Assembly: GCA_043797085.1 (NCBI GenBank) | Contig: JAZDQA010000006.1 | Span: forward strand, 96,001 to 160,000 | Length of the DNA: 64,000 nt | Direction of reading: 5' to 3' | Origin: Pseudomonadota bacterium | GTDB lineage: Bacteria > Campylobacterota > Campylobacteria > Campylobacterales > Sulfurimonadaceae | Made by a program: the position numbers and the translations under genes | In this document: piece after piece, positions 58,833 through 64,000 of the stretch | Layout of the letters: each line of letters starts with the position of its first letter | How positions within the stretch are numbered: position 1 is the stretch's first letter | Notes under the pieces: generated by a model | Seen by the model: only the letters and a program-made list of their open reading frames with translations | Told to the model about the DNA's origin: nothing | Databases searched by the model: none

Positions 58833-59528
58833 TTATGCTGCCTGTTGATCTATTATAGGTTTGTACCAACACTTGGACACTCCATCCCATCGAAAACCAA
58901 ACGCCTTAATGCTATCCTTCTTGGCAAAGATGTCTTCACCAACAACAATAAGATGATTACCTTGGTTCACCACGGATAAACCGATTTTGTAAAGAGAAGC
59001 GTAATCTTGCGGTATATTGTTTTGCGCTTGCTCTTTTGGTTGTTGATTCTGATGTTGTTTTGCTGGTTCTAGCTGTTGTGCAGGTTGTTGATTGTGATGG
59101 ACACGGCTCTTATCATAGAGCGAATTTCCGAATTGGTTTCCAAACGAACGAAAACATCGTTTAATCGCATCAGTTACGGCTTCTTTTGACCCTCCTTCGT
59201 GCGAATCGGCTAAGCTTTTTGCAATGCCAGTACCAAAGCCAACATCTTCACGGCTGATATGTTTTGAGTGTGCTAGGTCGTGGACGACAACATTTACTAT
59301 GGCTTTATAGCAGATAACGATATTCGAATTTTGATTCGTCTCTTGGGAGACGTGTTCTAGCTTTGATATGCTGTAGCTCCAATTACCGTAACCGAAGATT
59401 TTATTTGCAGTTTCAATAATGTCATGCCCCTCGACATACGAGAGGTTGATATTATTTTTAGAACGGGTTTTAATTCTGCTACTATCGAGTTCATAGGATA
59501 GTGCCTGATTTTGCTTGTCGTTAAACAT
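58833..59528 (-). CDS. Rad52/Rad22 (Sak-like) ssDNA-annealing protein
   Basis: LSYVEGH..IETAN.IFGYGNWS, REDVGFG, KEAVTDAIKR..RSFGNQFGNSLY; AAGGAG RBS. Confidence 0.88.
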   Translation of the reverse strand: MFNDKQNQALSYELDSSRIKTRSKNNINLSYVEGHDIIETANKIFGYGNWSYSISKLEHVSQETNQNSNIVICYKAIVNVVVHDLAHSKHISREDVGFGTGIAKSLADSHEGGSKEAVTDAIKRCFRSFGNQFGNSLYDKSRVHHNQQPAQQLEPAKQHQNQQPKEQAQNNIPQDYASLYKIGLSVVNQGNHLIVVGEDIFAKKDSIKAFGFRWDGVSKCWYKPIIDQQAA

Positions 59529-59541
59529 AATGTGTATCTCC

Positions 59542-60126
59542 TTATGCGACTTGTGCATCGACTAAACTGAGCAGTTCAGTAGCTTGATTGTTGGCGCTGC
59601 TTCGTTTTGCATTGACTTTGATACGAGATGGTATATGCTCTTCGGTAGAAATAATTTCAACATATTGGTCAACCTCTTCCATTCCCTCTATGGTACACAT
59701 CGCTTCCATTATCGATTTTTCATCAATGGTGACATTGACGTACCCTAATGAGATGAGCGCATTGGCATCGAGGATGGTGAGAGTGTTTTTGATCTTGGTC
59801 TTAGAGGGGGTGATGGTTATTGAGCTAATCATTGTTCCATCAATACGATCGACCCCATACTCCCCCAATACAGAGGCGACGGCTTCAAGTGCTATGCTCT
59901 TCGCACTCTCTAACGACTTTTTCATGGATTGAATCTCTTTGATCTCCAATGCAAGGTATTCAACCTTTTCATCTATCTCTTGGAATGAGAGTCCGATGTA
60001 GTCCGCTTTCACATGGAATGGCTTCTCCGATTCCAGTATGCCACGAATATGATGCTTGAACCAATCGAGGTTCGTAGGGTTAATGTGTTCCATCTCTTTG
60101 ACGAGTCTGTAACTTTCTGTCTTCAT
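59542..60126 (-). CDS. Gp157/Gam-like coiled-coil protein
   Basis: Coiled coil followed by short beta region; sits beside the annealase; AAGGA RBS. Confidence 0.55.
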   Translation of the reverse strand: MKTESYRLVKEMEHINPTNLDWFKHHIRGILESEKPFHVKADYIGLSFQEIDEKVEYLALEIKEIQSMKKSLESAKSIALEAVASVLGEYGVDRIDGTMISSITITPSKTKIKNTLTILDANALISLGYVNVTIDEKSIMEAMCTIEGMEEVDQYVEIISTEEHIPSRIKVNAKRSSANNQATELLSLVDAQVA

Positions 60127-60158
60127 AATGATGTTCCTTTGTGGTGTAAGTGTAATTG

Positions 60159-60977
60159 CTAGGCTGCAATAGCCATAGTTGACTCGGGTGCTTTGATAGA
60201 GGCGATACGTTCGGCAATGTCCCATAGCCCCCGATTAACATCAACATCTTTGGAAATGGAAGTGATCTCACGAGATGTGAAATTGCGTCCTGTTTGAGTA
60301 TTAACCCCTTTGACGTTTCCACGTAATAGATTTTCCTGAATAATGTTCAAAGTTGTGTAAAGATCTGATCTCTCATCTTCTACTCTATGGGGGATCAGCA
60401 AGTCACGATGATTAACTTGAAGCTGTTCATCGAACCGTAGCGGTATTGCTGCTCTTGCAAATGACTCTTGTTCAATAGGAGTGAGGATAATAGCTTCAAA
60501 GGTATCGATCTTCTTTTGAAGAAGTGGTTTGAATGTACCAATATTAGCGATAGCAGTAGTGACATCGTTCTCACGATCTCCGATGTGTTTGATTTTATAG
60601 CTTTGAAAAACACTGTCAGCTACTACAAGACCGTTTGCACACACAAATCGATATATCCCGATGCTAATAGAAAATGCGGTACTACGATCATGGGAATTGA
60701 AGAGTAACAGCTCTACAGCATTTTCTTTTGGATTAACAAGGTCATCGAAATGACGGAAGCGCACTAGGTGACGCTGAAATCCTTCCTTGTTCTCATCTCG
60801 TACGGAGGCTTCTTGGACAGACACAGGGAACCAACTGTGTTGACGGATCTCATCGATGACTTCAACAGTGCTGACGAAGTGATAGGCATCGGATGCACTG
60901 GAATGGGGAGCACTGGTAAAGAGTGCGGGACATTGCTCTAGGAGCTGGGCTTGGGTTAGTGGGTGTAATGCAGACAT
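60159..60977 (-). CDS. DUF932 family protein
   Basis: HLVRFR, LFNSHDRS, GIYRFVCANGLV, LNIIQENL. Confidence 0.9.
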   Translation of the reverse strand: MSALHPLTQAQLLEQCPALFTSAPHSSASDAYHFVSTVEVIDEIRQHSWFPVSVQEASVRDENKEGFQRHLVRFRHFDDLVNPKENAVELLLFNSHDRSTAFSISIGIYRFVCANGLVVADSVFQSYKIKHIGDRENDVTTAIANIGTFKPLLQKKIDTFEAIILTPIEQESFARAAIPLRFDEQLQVNHRDLLIPHRVEDERSDLYTTLNIIQENLLRGNVKGVNTQTGRNFTSREITSISKDVDVNRGLWDIAERIASIKAPESTMAIAA

Positions 60978-61004
60978 GGGTTATCCTTTTGTATAGTTGA
61001 AATA

Positions 61005-61106
61005 TCAAAAGTCTGATTTTTTTATCGGACTTTGATCATTTAGACTTTTAACTACGATAGTAGCGACTGCGATCATAATGGCTAAACAGTGCGAAATGGG
61101 AAACAT
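61005..61106 (-). CDS. putative 33-aa peptide
   Basis: AAGGA RBS then MFPISHCLAIMIAVATIVVKSLNDQSPIKKSDF; below ORF-track cutoff. Confidence 0.35.
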   Translation of the reverse strand: MFPISHCLAIMIAVATIVVKSLNDQSPIKKSDF

Positions 61107-61292
61107 TTTCGATCCTTTTTATGGATTAGTAGGTTGGATACAGTTTAATAATATGGGAGTGTAAAAAGATGGGAGTAAAATTTTTGAGGATAGAAAGCAG
61201 AAGTAAGAAGTGGTAAAGTGGATTGAAATTCTCGACAATGCGCGTAAAAGTTTTGGTTTGAGACCCTTTTTTCAGGGTCTCATGGAGGGGCT

Positions 61293-62663
61293 TTAGTAGG
61301 TAAGTCGGTAGAATTTTTCACCATTGCTCTTAAATAGGTTAGGCTCTCCAAATACATACGGATTAGTAAGCTCCAAATGCTTAATCAGCACCTTAGCTGT
61401 CTTAATAGTTTTATCCAATGGATGAAGAATGTGATATACAATAATTAGAAACTTTTGCCTAACTACATTGTTTTGAAGATCGCTCGTAAAATTATTAAAA
61501 AGTGCTATATCAATATTTTGTAAATGCTGAAAATAGAGAAAATTTCTCGATATTATTGCATTAACAAAATTACCAAGAGTGTTGGCAGTCATATTCATCA
61601 TAGCCACTTTTTCCGGTGTAGAAAGAGCCATATTTGCTTGTTCAAAATCAACATTAAAAGACTTCAAAAATATAGCAAAATCCTCCAGTTCACTATAAAT
61701 CGTATCTTCGAGTTTCTGATAACCCCCATAACCAAGATGATTAGTTTGATTGAGGTTGCAACCCGTTGTAAAAACGGTAAATCTTCTGTCGCTCGGCTCT
61801 ATTTCAATCGGATGTTCATCGTTGGAAAACAATATGGTCTGCGCATGTAGTTTTGTAGGACGAACAAGATCCACATTCTTCTTCTCAGCCGTAATGGAAT
61901 CATTGGTAATCAATGCTTTCAGAAAACTGTTAAAACTGCTTTTGCCTATCGTTGAATACGATATTTCATCAAAATTTATAAACAGCGTATTTTCGATGAT
62001 AGCACCTAAATAATTGGATTTTAAGCTATCCCCATTGATCTCCTTGCAATATTCCTCTCCAAAAAGCAACCGAATAATCTTGAAGAAAGTACCTTTACCT
62101 CCACCTTGAACGCCTTTAAACAAGATAGATACTTGTGATTTATTCAAAGTTTGAAAAAATGCAGCAAGCCAGTTCAAAAAATACCAAGCTCTTTGGCTAT
62201 CATAATTTACTAGATGTTCAACGAGCTTCAACGTTGCGGTCGGGTAATTATAATGCCCTGCCGACAGCATTAAATACTTGGAGGGCTTAAAAAGATTTAT
62301 ATGCCAAGAACCGTCTTTTTCGTAAAATTCTTGGAGTTCATTTGCATTAAACTCTTCACATACTACAAGCAGCAGCTCTGAGATATGGATCGTATTATCT
62401 CTATCTTTTATCTCGTCAATACTTTTTTTTGTTTCAATTTTAATTGGCATTTCCAATAAAATTGTCAAAATATTTTCTGCTTTTGTCACCGTTAACTCTT
62501 GATAAGGAGCAGATGCTGAAGTGCGAATACAAATATTACCCTTGACATTCACCCATATTGCGCCACCTTTTTCTCCAAATTTATTGAGGACCTTATTTTC
62601 CTCCGTTTTTTTAGAGTTGTTGTCTTTAAAATTCGTGAAATCTTTTTGTATTGGTGCGTTCAT
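61293..62663 (-). CDS. SF3/D5-like (primase-helicase family, DUF5906-like) ATPase
   Basis: FLNWLA, Walker A GVQGGGKGT, NFDE, LFSN, SDRRF. Confidence 0.82.
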   Translation of the reverse strand: MNAPIQKDFTNFKDNNSKKTEENKVLNKFGEKGGAIWVNVKGNICIRTSASAPYQELTVTKAENILTILLEMPIKIETKKSIDEIKDRDNTIHISELLLVVCEEFNANELQEFYEKDGSWHINLFKPSKYLMLSAGHYNYPTATLKLVEHLVNYDSQRAWYFLNWLAAFFQTLNKSQVSILFKGVQGGGKGTFFKIIRLLFGEEYCKEINGDSLKSNYLGAIIENTLFINFDEISYSTIGKSSFNSFLKALITNDSITAEKKNVDLVRPTKLHAQTILFSNDEHPIEIEPSDRRFTVFTTGCNLNQTNHLGYGGYQKLEDTIYSELEDFAIFLKSFNVDFEQANMALSTPEKVAMMNMTANTLGNFVNAIISRNFLYFQHLQNIDIALFNNFTSDLQNNVVRQKFLIIVYHILHPLDKTIKTAKVLIKHLELTNPYVFGEPNLFKSNGEKFYRLTY

Positions 62664-63133
62664 AACAATTTCCCCTTGTTGTTTTCATTTTGAAGTTTTT
62701 TTGCCTCTTGCACTGCTTTCGCATTGCAGAGTTCGTTATACTTATCTCCGCTGTGTCCTTTTACCCATTCAGCTTTAACTTGATGTGGTTGCGATACGGT
62801 TAAATACGCTTCCCATAAAGCCTTGTTCGCCACTGTTTTTTTATCACTAGTTTTCCAATTATTCTTTCTCCATCCTTTTATCCAGACGTTTATCCCATCT
62901 ACAGTGATTTTACTATCACTATGAATAGTAATTTCACACTTGCTCGGTATTGCTTTTATGGATTCTATAATTGCCATTAATTCCATCTTATTGTTCGTTG
63001 TATTGATTTCACCTCCAACAACTACTTGTTCGTTTTTATTAAGATATTTGACAATGCCGCAATATCCACCAAAATTATTTTCATTACCGTTGCCGAGACA
63101 ACTTCCATCTGTATAAATTTCAACTTTTTCCAT
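62660..63133 (-). CDS. rnhA: ribonuclease HI
   Basis: YTDGSCLGN, TTNNKMEL, HSDS, W..NNWKT, WVKGHSG. Confidence 0.92.
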   Translation of the reverse strand: MEKVEIYTDGSCLGNGNENNFGGYCGIVKYLNKNEQVVVGGEINTTNNKMELMAIIESIKAIPSKCEITIHSDSKITVDGINVWIKGWRKNNWKTSDKKTVANKALWEAYLTVSQPHQVKAEWVKGHSGDKYNELCNAKAVQEAKKLQNENNKGKLL

Positions 63134-63142
63134 GTAGCTCCT

Positions 63143-63352
63143 TTAGCTTGCTACAGCAAAAGTATTGGCTTCAAGATAACGTATCAATTCGTTACGTGCG
63201 ATATGAAACTTATTCCCAATACGTATATAGGCGATTTCACCCTTAGCAAGAATTTTCTTGATTGTTGCAATCTTAATTAAGCCAAGATTTTCGATTTCTC
63301 GTAGATTGAATAAGACTTTTGGTGGTAATAAGTCTTCGTAGTTATATGTCAT
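63143..63352 (-). CDS. excisionase-like helix-turn-helix protein
   Basis: 69 aa, GEIAYIRIGNKFHIARNELIRYL; AGGAG RBS. Confidence 0.78.
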   Translation of the reverse strand: MTYNYEDLLPPKVLFNLREIENLGLIKIATIKKILAKGEIAYIRIGNKFHIARNELIRYLEANTFAVAS

Positions 63353-63439
63353 ATGATAAGCTCCTATATGTAAATATAAGCGCTATTGTAATGGATTAAG
63401 GAGGGGGGTTATACTGTAGAAAAAAAGAAGCTTCTCACC

Positions 63440-63970
63440 CTAATAAGATGAAATGTTTTTAGGTTTTGCTCCTGTGATAAGTTCTAAATATTTTTTGTTT
63501 TTTATATATTCCGTTGCTATTAGAAGATATTTGGAATATGTATCTGGATGAAAAGATTTTTTCCTATTATTGTCAGGGTCGTGATATTTATCCAAACTAC
63601 TTAAGATGGCTGATTTTTTCATTCCAGCATTTACGGCATCATAGATAAAAAACATGTCAGCAAATTTTTGTTGCAGTTTAGCCCCCGTTCTACTTTCAAA
63701 AGTTTTTATAGTCCCCTTTGTATTTTTTGCACTTAAATGTATGATGTCATCAGCTTTTTCTAATTCTTCTCCCCTTAATTCTCTCGACAGTTTTAGAATT
63801 CGGTTACCTAAAGTCTCTTTTTTTATATGTGATATATAAGCTTTGATTTCTTCTATGGGACGTGAAAGATCTAATGCAATCAAGATTTCTTCAGCATTCA
63901 CTTTTCTCTCAAAATTTGGAACAATATGATTAATTGCATAAGTGTTACCGTTTTGATTTATTTCTTGCAA
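63440..63970 (-). CDS. hypothetical protein (5' end may lie beyond the window)
   Basis: IALDLSRP.EE and FADMFFIYD segments; start unresolved. Confidence 0.6.
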   Translation of the reverse strand: MQEINQNGNTYAINHIVPNFERKVNAEEILIALDLSRPIEEIKAYISHIKKETLGNRILKLSRELRGEELEKADDIIHLSAKNTKGTIKTFESRTGAKLQQKFADMFFIYDAVNAGMKKSAILSSLDKYHDPDNNRKKSFHPDTYSKYLLIATEYIKNKKYLELITGAKPKNISSY

Positions 63971-64000
63971 GATACAAAAACTTTTTTGAATACTTTCATT

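Larger units (their letters stand above)
34503..64000. mobile_element. tRNA-Leu-targeted integrative element(s); right end beyond the window
   Basis: att fragment + tyrosine integrase, AT-rich defence cargo, helicase/excisionase-like backbone. Confidence 0.8.

Noticed and set aside
61259..61282. Rho-independent terminator for the helicase gene
   Set aside because: The TGAGACCCT/AGGGTCTCA hairpin is real but has no U-tract on the minus strand; function left unassigned
58529..64000. Prophage
   Set aside because: No capsid, terminase, tail or lysis genes are visible; an integrative or satellite-like element fits better

Overview
The window looks like a Campylobacterota chromosome, probably Sulfuricurvum/Sulfurimonas-like; this is inferred from protein families and composition only. 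The left part (1-34.4 kb) is mostly metabolic. It holds a GH57-type glycogen cluster (glgA, galT-like, two GH57 genes, nucleotidyltransferase-phosphomutase fusion), an Mla/Pqi-type ABC system and a Cj0069-family gene with an in-frame TGA. It also holds an Entner-Doudoroff operon that includes a GH15/phosphorylase-kinase-like gene and glucokinase, and a p-cresol methylhydroxylase (pchC-X-F, porin, aldehyde dehydrogenase) locus whose two promoters share a tandem-repeat operator next to a two-component system. The right part (34.5-64 kb) is integrative-element DNA. It begins with a tRNA-Leu(CAA) 3' fragment plus tyrosine integrase. A second tRNA-Leu(TAG) 3' fragment truncates a probable AbiEii toxin gene, which suggests a nested element. 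Cargo includes a WYL regulator with a DriD-like palindrome heading a cluster with a truncated FtsZ-like protein and glycine-zipper proteins, a Lamassu/ABC-3C system with a trypsin protease + MBL hydrolase effector pair, an IS256 remnant and a type I R-M system with rhuM. The backbone module carries DUF2958, Rad52-like, Gp157-like, DUF932, SF3-like helicase, RNase HI and an excisionase-like HTH. The best candidate for an undescribed system is the WYL-controlled mini-FtsZ/glycine-zipper cluster. All family assignments come from motif recognition by eye; no searches were run.
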